DNA of 64,000 nucleotides from IMG/VR virus record IMGVR_UViG_3300046832_000578, one strand, 5' to 3'. A model generated the notes under the pieces. That model saw only the letters and a program-made list of their open reading frames with translations, did not search any database and was not told the origin of the DNA. Within the stretch, counting starts at the first letter, position 1. The number at the start of each line of letters is the position of its first letter. The translations under genes and the position numbers were made by a program. Below, in pieces: positions 38,022 through 47,934 of this stretch. This DNA is from a virus.

Positions 38022-38642
38022 ATGAAAAGGTTTAGAGAATACATAGAAGAAGCGGTGGTAGAGCCGACTGGGAGTCTAACGATATTCGATATCGATGACA
38101 CTCTATTCCACACCACTGCTCAAATCGCAGTTGTCAAAGATGGTAAGACTATCGCCAAACTTACCAATCAAGAATTCAACAACTACAAATTAGGCGACGG
38201 AGAGTCGTTTGACTTCTCTGAGTTTAAAGATGCTCATAAGTTCTATCATGAAAGCAAACCAATTGGTAGAATGCTGGCAAAAGCCAAAGCAATCTTGACT
38301 AACTCTATTAAGAATCCGTTGAGTAAAGTTATCATTCTTACTGCTCGTGCAAACTTTGATGATAGAGATAAATTCCTATCAACATTTCGTAAGTATGGGT
38401 TCGACATCGATAAAGTTCGTGTTGAAAGAGCAGGTGAATTAGTTGGCAATGAGATTCCAGCTATCAAGAAAGTAGTCATCGTTAGGAAATATCTACAAAG
38501 CAATCAATACGGTAAAGTGAGATTGTTTGATGACTCGATGAGTAATCTACGAGAGTTCTTAAAATTAAGAACAGAGTTTAAGAATATTAAGTTCGAAGCA
38601 TTCTTCGCAAATCCAGATGGTTCAGTAAAGGTTATTAAGTGA
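38022..38642 (+). CDS. HAD-superfamily phosphatase
   Basis: IFDIDDTLF, ILTAR, K, LFDDS..NL. Confidence 0.85.
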   Translation: MKRFREYIEEAVVEPTGSLTIFDIDDTLFHTTAQIAVVKDGKTIAKLTNQEFNNYKLGDGESFDFSEFKDAHKFYHESKPIGRMLAKAKAILTNSIKNPLSKVIILTARANFDDRDKFLSTFRKYGFDIDKVRVERAGELVGNEIPAIKKVVIVRKYLQSNQYGKVRLFDDSMSNLREFLKLRTEFKNIKFEAFFANPDGSVKVIK

Positions 38643-39868
38643 AAACACTAAAGAATTACATCGTTGAACAAAAGAATACTCACATGACTCATGTGGAAGA
38701 TCTGGTATTCGATGGTGGTGTTGATGGTACTCGTCAAGCAATTAAGTTTCTTCAAGATCTTCGTGATATGCTTGCTGGAAATTCTAAAACTAAAATTACT
38801 GCCACTGTAAAGTGGGATGGTGCACCTGCAGTTTTTGCTGGTATCGATCCAACAGATAAGAAGTTCTTTGTTGCTAAGAAAGGTGTCTTCAATAAGAATC
38901 CAATAGTTTATAAAACAAATGCGCAGATTGATGCCGATACCTCTGGCGATCTTGCTGCAAAGTTAAAGGTGGCTCTTGCTGAGTTTAAGAAACTCGGTAT
39001 TAAGTCTGGCGTGTATCAAGGTGATCTTATGTTCACTGACGATAAAAAGATTGTCACTATTGATGGACAAAAGTATGTTACCTTCCATCCAAATACAATC
39101 GTCTATGCTGTTCCTGTTGGCACAGAGTTGGCCAATAAGATTATGAAAGCAAAAATTGGTGTAGTGTGGCATACTACATATACTGGCACTACATTTGAGT
39201 CAATGACTGCATCGTTTGGCAAATCAATCGTGTCAAAGATGACACCATCTGCATCTGTTTGGATGGACGATGCAAACTATAAAGATTACTCTGGCACTGC
39301 CACATTCACTCATGAGCAAACCAAAGAACTAACTACCATTCTGTCACAGGCTGGAACATTGTTTAGTTCTATTCCTGCTGCAACTCTTAATGCCATTAAA
39401 GACAATGAAGATCTTAATATGGCAGTCAATACATACAACAACTCTAAAGTTCGTGCTGGCGAACAAATCACCGACACTCATGCTCATGTAGTTGGTCTGT
39501 TCAATTATATTCACGATAAGTATCAAGGTGAAATTGATAAACTAAAAACAGAAAAAGGTAAAGCAGGTAAAGAAGAAAAAAGAAAATCAGTTTTATCTTT
39601 CTTCGCAACCCATGACAAAGCAGAGATTGTAAAGATATTTGATTTGGTTAATTTACTCGCCAAAGCAAAACTGATGATTATAACAAAGATGAATGAAGCA
39701 GGACACATTAGCACATTCCTTAGAACTACTGCTGGTTATAAAGCTACTGGTGTTGAAGGATTTGTTGCTATTGATCACCTAACTGGTGGAGCAGTTAAGA
39801 TTGTAGATCGTTTAGAGTTTAGCAAGTCTAACTTCTCTGCTGATATTATTAAAGGATGGCAACGATGA
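38639..39868 (+). CDS. Conserved T4-like protein (DUF6267-like) with ligase-type KxDG motif
   Basis: KNTHMTHVED, TVKWDGAPA, QGDLMF, F.PNTI.Y, EGFV, K.VDRLEFS..NF. Confidence 0.7.
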   Translation: MKTLKNYIVEQKNTHMTHVEDLVFDGGVDGTRQAIKFLQDLRDMLAGNSKTKITATVKWDGAPAVFAGIDPTDKKFFVAKKGVFNKNPIVYKTNAQIDADTSGDLAAKLKVALAEFKKLGIKSGVYQGDLMFTDDKKIVTIDGQKYVTFHPNTIVYAVPVGTELANKIMKAKIGVVWHTTYTGTTFESMTASFGKSIVSKMTPSASVWMDDANYKDYSGTATFTHEQTKELTTILSQAGTLFSSIPAATLNAIKDNEDLNMAVNTYNNSKVRAGEQITDTHAHVVGLFNYIHDKYQGEIDKLKTEKGKAGKEEKRKSVLSFFATHDKAEIVKIFDLVNLLAKAKLMIITKMNEAGHISTFLRTTAGYKATGVEGFVAIDHLTGGAVKIVDRLEFSKSNFSADIIKGWQR

Positions 39869-40212
39869 AAAAACTTATAGTAGTTCTAGCACTTGCTTTA
39901 TCTGGTTGTGCATTTATTTTTCCAAAGCCACATGATCCAGTAATGTTTGGATATATGGTTGATGTTAAAGTTGGATTGAGTAAGGTTACTTGTGATGCAA
40001 AACAAGAGTGGAAACCTGTAATGGAAAGAATCGAGACTGTTAAAGTCTATTCTGATTTAAGAGGTGATCCACAGGCTCCAGCATTAAAGAGTTTACAAGA
40101 TGCTGTCACTAAAGCATATGATAGTAAGAGTGTTACCTTTTGTGAAAGTGTCCTAAAACTTAACAGAACTAGAGTCGATGTCGCCATCGATGCATGGAAA
40201 GGAAGAAAATGA
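39865..40212 (+). CDS. Lipoprotein
   Basis: MKK + hydrophobic core + lipobox LSGC. Confidence 0.7.
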   Translation: MKKLIVVLALALSGCAFIFPKPHDPVMFGYMVDVKVGLSKVTCDAKQEWKPVMERIETVKVYSDLRGDPQAPALKSLQDAVTKAYDSKSVTFCESVLKLNRTRVDVAIDAWKGRK

Positions 40213-40445
40213 GCATAATGAATTCTCTAAGAGAACAAGCAGGACTTGGTGGTCCAGCTGCAGTATTAGCCAACGAAATGTTAGTAATTCGTGAGAACTA
40301 TGAGCAAGGACAACTAACCAAAGAAGAATACGAGTTTCTATTACAAGAGATCGCCAGCATCCGTGCACAACAAGACTTAGCGTCAGACGAGATCGCTTGT
40401 CGTTGGATCGTTGCTGCAGCAGAGGCATTGATTGCAGTAGCATAA
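40209..40445 (+). CDS. Hypothetical protein
   Basis: ATGA-coupled to lipoprotein gene. Confidence 0.6.
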   Translation: MSIMNSLREQAGLGGPAAVLANEMLVIRENYEQGQLTKEEYEFLLQEIASIRAQQDLASDEIACRWIVAAAEALIAVA

Positions 40446-40447
40446 CT

Positions 40448-40455
40448 CCTAAATA
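40448..40455 (+). promoter_or_regulatory. Late promoter CCTAAATA
   Basis: Recurrent octamer upstream of 40488. Confidence 0.65.
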
Positions 40456-40487
40456 ATGTAGTAAAACCCTTTTTATAGATGGATTAA

Positions 40488-43400
40488 ATGAAAGATTACA
40501 AACAACTAATCAAAGAACTACCTGCAAAGTCCGTAGTTTTCGCATTCGGGAGATTTAATCCCCCAACTATCGGACACGAACTGTTAGTCAAAGCTGTTAA
40601 GAAATTGGCTCAGCAAAGAAACGCTGACCATGTAATCTATGCATCTAGGTCACAAGATGCTAAAAAGAATCCCCTATCTGTAGAGAAAAAGGTTAAGTAT
40701 CTTAAGCTGATGTTTAAGAGCACTAACTTTGCTGCAGCCAATGATCAAGAAAGAACCTTCATTGAAGCAGCAAAGGCACTGAATAAGAAGTATAAGAACA
40801 TTATTATGATTGCTGGTTCAGATCGTATTGCTGAATTTAAACGATTGTTAAATACCTATAACGGTAAAGATTTTAATTTCGATACCATTGAAGTTGTATC
40901 TGCAGGTGAAAGAGATCCTGATGCGGATGACGCTACAGGTATGTCTGCATCTAAGATGCGTAGTCTTGCTGTTAAAGGTAGCTACTCAGAATTTAAGAAA
41001 GGTTTACCTTCCACTGTCCGTGACATTGATGGTAAACGATTGATGAATGACATTCGTGATGGTATGGGTCTTGAACCCATCAAAGAACAGATTGTTCTTG
41101 TTAAAGATGAACTTCGTGAGAAGTTTTTTCGTGGAGAGATCTTTAATGAGGGAGATATTGTAGAGTCCGCTGGCGAAAGATTTACTATCGTTAAGCGTGG
41201 TTCAAATCATTTACTACTAAAAGAAGCATCTGGAAACCTAGTATCAAAGTGGATTCAAGATGTTCAACCAACAGAAGAAAAAGAAGATATGAACGAAGAA
41301 CTTACAGATAAAACATTAAGACCGACTGATAAGATTAAAGTCGCTCGTATTATCGCAACCATGCTTGGTGTTGATAATGCAGAGACATCATCTAATCCAG
41401 AGAATCTTATCAATCAAGCACTGCGCAAAGTTCGCACGAAGGCACTTAATCCAGAAGCACTTCATATCCTCGATAAAATGCTTAATCTTGCCACAGAGCA
41501 AGGTATTCAATACGATGCTACATTAAAACCATCTAAGTTAAAAGAAGGTGTAACGCAGATTGGTGGCACAGATAAGATTGAGACAACTACAGATTCAGTT
41601 GTTGTGAATAAGAACAGTAAGTATAATATTGCAAAAGATATTCTTCGTTTCAATGACTTTAAAAAACTACAAAAGATGAATTCTGTTAAAGAGGAAGAAG
41701 AAATAAAAACTCCAGGACAGACAAATCAAATTGGTGGCACATTAACATCAAGTGATACTTCAGATAATCTTCGTCGTCGCAAGATTAAATATCATTTAGG
41801 CGAACAGAATAAACCTCCTCATGTAGACATGTCTGCATATGAAGATGAATCTGCACATGAGAATACTGTTGATCATATTATTAGCAGTCCAGAACATACT
41901 GAAAAACAAAAGAAATTAGCAAAATTATTTATCGATAAACTTCGTAGTGTCACTGAGCAAGATGATAGTGCAGCAAAAGAAACTGCCAAAGCAAATCTAA
42001 TGGCTAAACATGCCAGAGAAAAACAATCTCTTGCCGATAAACAGACTAGAGAAAAAGAATCATTAAAAGAAGAACATATTGTTCATGTTGATGATGGTAG
42101 TAACTATGGTGACAAACCACATCCTAAAGATGTAGAGCATGTCAATGCTGGAGTTAAAAAACATGGTGGTGAATTTGATGGGCATTCAGACAAAGGTGCT
42201 TACTTTAAATTTAACTCTAAGTCAGACGCTAAAAACTTTGCTGATCATGTTAAAAAATCACCACATAAATCTGTTTATGCAGACCTACATGAAGAAGTTC
42301 AATTAGAAGAAGCGACTGTTAAGACTCAAAAGTATTCATGGGGAACTATGAAAACTGTTCATCATGGTGCTGACTTCTCTATTCCTCTGCACCCAGAACA
42401 TCACCAAGCAATCGCAAAGTTAAAAGATGAGCAGGAGCATAAGTTTAAAACTGAAGATGGAAAACATTGGACTGCTCGTCGTAAAGGCGATGAAGTTCAT
42501 TTCCAAGGTGCTAACAATGGTGGTTCTACTAAAGTTAAACACGCTGATCTAAAAGAAGAAGTACAAATCTGCGAAACAGCAGACGCTGGTCTTGCTGCCA
42601 AAGCAGAGAAGTCAGGTGTTTCAATTGGTACACTACGTAAAGTATACAAGCGTGGTGTTGCTGCTTGGAACTCTGGTCATCGTCCAGGAACTACTCCACA
42701 GCAGTGGGGTATGGCTCGTGTAAACTCTTACATCACTAAAGGTAAGGGAACATATCATGGTGCTGATAAAGATCTACGTGAAGAAGAAATTCAAGAGAAC
42801 AATCTACCTGAAGTTCCAAAACATAAAGAGTCTGGTCTTCCAAAGAAGTATGTAGCTGGATTGTCTGACGCAACTGCAAAGGCACGTGCTGCTCATTTCG
42901 ATAAAGCCGATAAGTTGTCAGATAAAGATCCTGAAGCATATAAACCAGCACCTGGAGATGCAACTGCTAAAACTAAGCCAAGCAAACATACATTAAAGTA
43001 TCGTGCCATGTTCGGTGAAGACATGTGCGAAGAATTGTATGAAGCATGTTGGGATACTCACAAGCAAGTTGGTATGAAGAAGAAAGGTAATCGTATGGTT
43101 CCTGACTGTGTACCAAAGAACGAGGAAGCAGAAGTTTGTCCAGTTTGTAATAAAAGTCCATGTGAGTGTGATAAACCAAGTGCTGGTCCAGTAACAACAG
43201 ACAAACCATTTGATGCATTCTTTAAAGAAGATGAAGATGAGTTTGACTTTCCAGAACCATCTGATGACGAGATTGAAAGTATGGCAGATGAATTATCAGA
43301 TGATGATTACCTAGACACTTATGAAGAAGATGAACTAGGCATTGTTGATGATGAGACTGGAGAAGAATTACCAGAAGATGAAGAGGAAGAAAAGAAACTC

Positions 43401-43769
43401 AAAGAATCTGCTCTGATGGAAGTACTATCCCGCATCGAACGAATGAAAGCCAAAGCAAGAATTCGTCGCACATCAGCAAAACGTGAACGAGCAACCAAGA
43501 TTGCATTAAAGCGTTATTCAAATACTGCTACAATTAACAAACGAGCACGCAGACTTGCAATTAAACTAATGAAGAAAAGATTGCTTCGTGGTAGAGATCC
43601 ATCAAAGGTTTCTGTTGGCGAAAAAGAAAGAATCGAAAGAACATTAGAAAAAAGAAAAGCAGTTATTGGTCGTATTGCCACTCGCTTAGCACCTCGTGTT
43701 CGTAAAGTAGAAAAAGCAAGATTGTCTCATACAAAATACACTCAAGGGAGCCAGCCAAGTGTCTTTTAA
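40488..43769 (+). CDS. Large multidomain protein: N-terminal HIGH-family (cytidylyltransferase-like) domain + multiple small modules
   Basis: FGRFNPPTIGH, GSDR, SAGERDPD, MSASKMR; later KA.KSG....L..VY.RG.AAW..GHRPG..QQW.MARVNS and CW..HKQVGMKKKG..MVPDCVP modules. Confidence 0.8.
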   Translation: MKDYKQLIKELPAKSVVFAFGRFNPPTIGHELLVKAVKKLAQQRNADHVIYASRSQDAKKNPLSVEKKVKYLKLMFKSTNFAAANDQERTFIEAAKALNKKYKNIIMIAGSDRIAEFKRLLNTYNGKDFNFDTIEVVSAGERDPDADDATGMSASKMRSLAVKGSYSEFKKGLPSTVRDIDGKRLMNDIRDGMGLEPIKEQIVLVKDELREKFFRGEIFNEGDIVESAGERFTIVKRGSNHLLLKEASGNLVSKWIQDVQPTEEKEDMNEELTDKTLRPTDKIKVARIIATMLGVDNAETSSNPENLINQALRKVRTKALNPEALHILDKMLNLATEQGIQYDATLKPSKLKEGVTQIGGTDKIETTTDSVVVNKNSKYNIAKDILRFNDFKKLQKMNSVKEEEEIKTPGQTNQIGGTLTSSDTSDNLRRRKIKYHLGEQNKPPHVDMSAYEDESAHENTVDHIISSPEHTEKQKKLAKLFIDKLRSVTEQDDSAAKETAKANLMAKHAREKQSLADKQTREKESLKEEHIVHVDDGSNYGDKPHPKDVEHVNAGVKKHGGEFDGHSDKGAYFKFNSKSDAKNFADHVKKSPHKSVYADLHEEVQLEEATVKTQKYSWGTMKTVHHGADFSIPLHPEHHQAIAKLKDEQEHKFKTEDGKHWTARRKGDEVHFQGANNGGSTKVKHADLKEEVQICETADAGLAAKAEKSGVSIGTLRKVYKRGVAAWNSGHRPGTTPQQWGMARVNSYITKGKGTYHGADKDLREEEIQENNLPEVPKHKESGLPKKYVAGLSDATAKARAAHFDKADKLSDKDPEAYKPAPGDATAKTKPSKHTLKYRAMFGEDMCEELYEACWDTHKQVGMKKKGNRMVPDCVPKNEEAEVCPVCNKSPCECDKPSAGPVTTDKPFDAFFKEDEDEFDFPEPSDDEIESMADELSDDDYLDTYEEDELGIVDDETGEELPEDEEEEKKLKESALMEVLSRIERMKAKARIRRTSAKRERATKIALKRYSNTATINKRARRLAIKLMKKRLLRGRDPSKVSVGEKERIERTLEKRKAVIGRIATRLAPRVRKVEKARLSHTKYTQGSQPSVF

Positions 43770-44049
43770 ATCTTTTAAATCGTGGCTTGAAGAAGCAGCA
43801 GTTGATGCCAAAGGACACAAGTCTTCAACTGGTGGTTTAACTCAAAAGGGTCGTGATGCATACAATGCTAAAGGTGCTAATTTACAAGCACCAGTTACCA
43901 CACCACCTTCTAAATTAAAACCTGATAGCAAAGCAGCAAAACGCAGAAAATCTTTCTGTGCACGTATGGGTGGTATGGAAGGTGCAATGAAAGACGATAA
44001 AGGTCGCCCGACTCGTAAAGCACTTGCACTTAGAAAGTGGAACTGCTAA
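43759..44049 (+). CDS. Conserved small basic T4-like protein (DUF6321-like)
   Basis: GGL..KGR..YN....NL.APV, RRKSFCARM.G, ALRKWNC. Confidence 0.75.
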   Translation: MSFKSFKSWLEEAAVDAKGHKSSTGGLTQKGRDAYNAKGANLQAPVTTPPSKLKPDSKAAKRRKSFCARMGGMEGAMKDDKGRPTRKALALRKWNC

Positions 44050-44534
44050 TGTCACTCAAGCACATAATCAAACACACTGAAACTGAAATTGTTTTTAAGT
44101 GTTACGTAACAGCTGCTGGAGGTGCTGATGTGGATATCAGTATTCAAAATGACTGTACAAAATCTACACAAGCATATGTAGCACCAACATCTATTCCAGA
44201 TGAATCTGGTGGAGCGTTTGTTAATTATACTGGATCTAGAGTTTATATCACTGGTATCTGGTGGGGTATAAAATCTGGTAAGCAGCTAGATATTTCAAGA
44301 ATTATTGATACTACTCCAAACCCAGACACACTACATGGGCATTATTATCTTATGCAAACTGGTTTTCATGATTTCCATGACTTTGCAGATAGAGTTTATG
44401 CCAACAAAGATCTTCGACTAACATTCGATGGTCCAGGACATTGTATTCTTCGCCTACGTAAAGAAGGTTGGAATCCTAAAGTTGAGACTGCTGTATTTGG
44501 TCCATACGATAACGAAACTGCGGTAGGTTCATAA
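44049..44534 (+). CDS. Hypothetical virion-associated protein
   Basis: Coupled ORF; L.LRK..GW..KVE.A.FG.YD C-terminus. Confidence 0.6.
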   Translation: MSLKHIIKHTETEIVFKCYVTAAGGADVDISIQNDCTKSTQAYVAPTSIPDESGGAFVNYTGSRVYITGIWWGIKSGKQLDISRIIDTTPNPDTLHGHYYLMQTGFHDFHDFADRVYANKDLRLTFDGPGHCILRLRKEGWNPKVETAVFGPYDNETAVGS

Positions 44535-44551
44535 TAGAACTGTTAATTAAA

Positions 44552-44559
44552 ACTAAATA
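44552..44559 (+). promoter_or_regulatory. Late promoter ACTAAATA
   Basis: TAAATA core upstream of 44581. Confidence 0.55.
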
Positions 44560-44580
44560 AGAAATAACTGGAGAAGAAAC

Positions 44581-45969
44581 ATGCAATTTAAATCATTTAT
44601 GGAAGCATTGAAGGGTAAACAGCATAAGATCGACAAGAATAAAAATGGTAAGATCGATGCTCATGACTTCAAATTGCTTCAAAAAGAAGAACAAGAAATA
44701 GAAGAATCTGAAGATCGTATGGCTCGTGCAGATTACAAAGTTAGTCCATCTGGTCGTAAATCTCACAAAGAGATTATTTTCACTTCTGGTCAAGAAGATA
44801 AAACAAAAGAAACAGTTAAAGAAGAAATGACTGATGCGCAAATGAAAAAGCGTGAAGAAATTGTCAAGTCAATGAAGAAAGACAAAGCAGGATTTAAAGA
44901 TCGTTATGGCGATCGTGCTGAGACTGTTATGTATGCTACTGCCACTAAAATGGCGATGAAAGAAGAAGCTGAAGAATTAGATGAAAAGTCTGATCAAGCT
45001 AAACAAAACAAGACAATGAAGAATATGATGGACGCATCTCGTGGTGCTCGTTTTAAACTTAATAATCCAGTTCCAGACGCTGAGCCAGAACACAAAACTG
45101 CTAGAGCACATAATGTGGCAATTGGTCGTGCATTACGCAAAGAAGGTTATTATGAAAAGCCAGCATCTGCTTATCGTCGTAAAGGTGATGAAATCGGTGG
45201 CGGTTCTTCTAAGAATGATGTACCATTCGATGGTCCATACACTAAGACTAAAGGTAACACTACAGACAAGTCTGGTGCAGTTCACTCACCAATGAGTCGT
45301 GCCAAACATTTAGCAAAAATGGCAATGAAGAAATCAATGAAAGAAGACATCGATCGTTTGTTTGAGAAAGATGACGAAGAGTATAACTACGAAGGTGATA
45401 TGGCTATCACTCAACTCAAGACTATCTCTCGTCACGCTGAAGCATTACAAGCAAAGATGAAACCAGATACTAATCTGCCAGAGTGGGTTCAGTCTAAGAT
45501 TACTCTAGCAACAGATTATATGCAAACTGCTCATGACTATCTGATGTCTGAGTTAGATGAGCAAGCACCAGTTGCTCCAGTTCCAGGAATGAAGTTTAAG
45601 AATCAAGCTGTCATGGTTCATCCAGAAACTAAAAGTCGTGTTGTAATCAATCGTAAAAACATTGACAACTACACTAGTGATGGATATAAAGAAGTTCGTC
45701 CAGGACAAAAATTAAAAGAAGACGAAGAAGTAAAGTTTTCTTATGAAGAATTAATGATGATTAACGAAATTAAGTTAGCTGACTTACCTGTTCGTAGAAT
45801 TAAAGGACACTCTTATGGTGCAGATTACTCTGATCCAGAAGGTGCTGATGATTATGATGACAAAAAACCAATGAAACCTACAGCTGAGAAGCGTGGTCGT
45901 GGTCGCCCAGCTGGATCACAATCTGGTGCACGCAAAAACTTTGGCAGTTCTAAACTGCATACAAAATAA
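44581..45969 (+). CDS. Charged mosaic protein, probable head internal protein
   Basis: MQFKSFME start; EF-hand-like DKNKNGKIDAHDF; YATATK.A and EGDMA..QL...LPEWVQSKIT.A.DY modules. Confidence 0.65.
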   Translation: MQFKSFMEALKGKQHKIDKNKNGKIDAHDFKLLQKEEQEIEESEDRMARADYKVSPSGRKSHKEIIFTSGQEDKTKETVKEEMTDAQMKKREEIVKSMKKDKAGFKDRYGDRAETVMYATATKMAMKEEAEELDEKSDQAKQNKTMKNMMDASRGARFKLNNPVPDAEPEHKTARAHNVAIGRALRKEGYYEKPASAYRRKGDEIGGGSSKNDVPFDGPYTKTKGNTTDKSGAVHSPMSRAKHLAKMAMKKSMKEDIDRLFEKDDEEYNYEGDMAITQLKTISRHAEALQAKMKPDTNLPEWVQSKITLATDYMQTAHDYLMSELDEQAPVAPVPGMKFKNQAVMVHPETKSRVVINRKNIDNYTSDGYKEVRPGQKLKEDEEVKFSYEELMMINEIKLADLPVRRIKGHSYGADYSDPEGADDYDDKKPMKPTAEKRGRGRPAGSQSGARKNFGSSKLHTK

Positions 45970-45987
45970 ATTTAAGGAGAATTAAAA

Positions 45988-46989
45988 ATGGCACTATGGG
46001 GAAATAAAGATAGTAAAACTGCTAGCGGAACAATTGCGATTGCATCACCTGGAGGTGCAGTGACTGGTTCTTCTACTTCTTTTACTACACAAACAAGAGT
46101 TGGTGATTATATCCGTGTTAGCGGAGAAGATTACCTAATCACAGCAATCGCATCAAACACTGCAGCGACTGTTCGTGCTGGTGTTCCAGGAGCAACACTA
46201 ACAGTTGTTAATGCTGGCACATCATACACATTATCAGAAAAACCAGCATCTGTAACTACTGCAGAATCAGCAGGTTCAGCATCTGGTGTTCATGGTGATC
46301 CAACTAAAGTATTTGGTATGGACACTACTGAAGTTTCTGCTGGTGGCGATAATGTTACTGCTGTATCAGTTGCTGGTGGTGGAACTCTATATGTAGAAGC
46401 ACCAACTGTTGCATTCTCTGGTGGCGGTGGATCTTCTGCTGCAGCTACTGCAACTATCTCTGGTGGTGCAGTAACTGCTATTACAGTAACCAATGTTGGT
46501 TCGGCATATACTTCTGCTCCAACTGTTACAATTCCAAAAGCACGAGTAACAATTCCTACTTCTGGTATTACTACTGCCACTGATACTATTGCATATACTG
46601 CTCACGGATTATCTGCTGGTGATTCAGTTGTGTATAACAATGGTGGCGGAACTTCTGCAACTGGTTTAACTTCTGGTACAACATACTATGTTATATCTTC
46701 TGGTTTAACTGCAAATGCATTTAAAGTTTCTGCTACCTCTGGTGGTACTACAGTTGATATTACTGGTACTGGTAATAATGCTCAATATTTTGAGAAAGTA
46801 GCATCTACTGCCTCAACAGCAACTGCTGCACTAGGTGAGGGTACTATTGGTGGTGCTGCTCACGCTGGTTGGGTTCGTCGCACAGTAGGCACTGGTGGTC
46901 GTGCTGGTCGTATTCAAACAGAAGTTTTAGTTGCCATGGGTTCAATGACTGGTGACCAATCTGACGATATTCAATATCCAGACGCATAA
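45988..46989 (+). CDS. Gly/Thr/Ser-rich virion structural (fibre/decoration-like) protein
   Basis: MALWG start, beta-rich repeats (GG..Y..APTV), H.GWV....G.GGRAGR...E.LVAM C-terminus. Confidence 0.7.
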   Translation: MALWGNKDSKTASGTIAIASPGGAVTGSSTSFTTQTRVGDYIRVSGEDYLITAIASNTAATVRAGVPGATLTVVNAGTSYTLSEKPASVTTAESAGSASGVHGDPTKVFGMDTTEVSAGGDNVTAVSVAGGGTLYVEAPTVAFSGGGGSSAAATATISGGAVTAITVTNVGSAYTSAPTVTIPKARVTIPTSGITTATDTIAYTAHGLSAGDSVVYNNGGGTSATGLTSGTTYYVISSGLTANAFKVSATSGGTTVDITGTGNNAQYFEKVASTASTATAALGEGTIGGAAHAGWVRRTVGTGGRAGRIQTEVLVAMGSMTGDQSDDIQYPDA

Positions 46990-47005
46990 TAAATACATGA
47001 TGTAA

Positions 47006-47031
47006 AGAGGGAGAATGTTCTCCCTCTATTT
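47006..47031 (+). terminator. Hairpin/terminator
   Basis: AGAGGGAGA-ATGT-TCTCCCTCT-ATTT. Confidence 0.6.
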
Positions 47032-47044
47032 CTGTGAAGAGAAT

Positions 47045-47425
47045 ATGGTTAGTGAAAAAATAAATGAAGGTAACTTTCTTGTCTATGCGATGCATCACTA
47101 TGATAACCCACAGTGTCATAGTTTAGCAGAGTTTGAAGAAGACATCAAGAAGTTTTTATATCTTAAGAAATTACTTTCTAGGTATAAGAACAATGGTGAA
47201 CTGCGAGAAAGATTAATCCTCAATCACATTATTGTGCTTTACAATATATTTGGAGATGCAGCAACCAGAATGTTGTTTCATAAAATTGAAGAATCCTGCT
47301 GGGATTCTTTGATAACATTCTTGGTCTATCTTGATAGAATGCCTGAGTCTCTGCCAGAATTTAATATTGTTTTATCTGAAATTGTTTTGGATGAAACAAT
47401 TATTGCAATACTAAGGAAGATTTAA
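47045..47425 (+). CDS. Conserved T4-like hypothetical protein
   Basis: YA...YDNP.C....EF.ED......LK.L...Y...GEL.ERLILNHII.LYN.FG. Confidence 0.8.
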   Translation: MVSEKINEGNFLVYAMHHYDNPQCHSLAEFEEDIKKFLYLKKLLSRYKNNGELRERLILNHIIVLYNIFGDAATRMLFHKIEESCWDSLITFLVYLDRMPESLPEFNIVLSEIVLDETIIAILRKI

Positions 47426-47934
47426 TGAGTCGCATTGTAGATAATTTGGTCGCTTATAAAATCCTTTCAATGTTAGTCACTAACTTTGAAGATACAAAAG
47501 CATACAAATTAAATATCATTGATAAGAATGGTAAAAATCTAAAGAAAGCAAGTACTCTTAAGACATCTGAAGAGAAGGATGCTTACACTTATCTGACTCG
47601 TTTAGTTTTCAACATGAAAAAGATCATCAATAAAATTGGTGGTGAAAACAAACTTAAATCTTTAGTTGCAGCACTATGGTTAGTCAAAGAGCAGTATGAA
47701 TCTGGTAATCGTTCAACTGCATTAATGGAAGATAAATTTGACAGAGTGATGAAGTTGTTGGATAATAACTGTGTCCTTGTTGAAGAAGAGATTATTGTTA
47801 AGAAGTTTCTTGATGAAGAAGCACCTGCAAACTCTACTGCTGGTGCTGCAGTAAGCGAACCAAAGATCCAAAAGAAAGACATCAAGAAATATCAGGTTAT
47901 GGCTAGGAGAAAACCTGTAAATGTTCCTACTTAA
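47425..47934 (+). CDS. Conserved T4-like hypothetical protein
   Basis: D....Y.IL..L...F....AY...IID.NG, E..AYT...RLVFN.K. Confidence 0.75.
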   Translation: MSRIVDNLVAYKILSMLVTNFEDTKAYKLNIIDKNGKNLKKASTLKTSEEKDAYTYLTRLVFNMKKIINKIGGENKLKSLVAALWLVKEQYESGNRSTALMEDKFDRVMKLLDNNCVLVEEEIIVKKFLDEEAPANSTAGAAVSEPKIQKKDIKKYQVMARRKPVNVPT

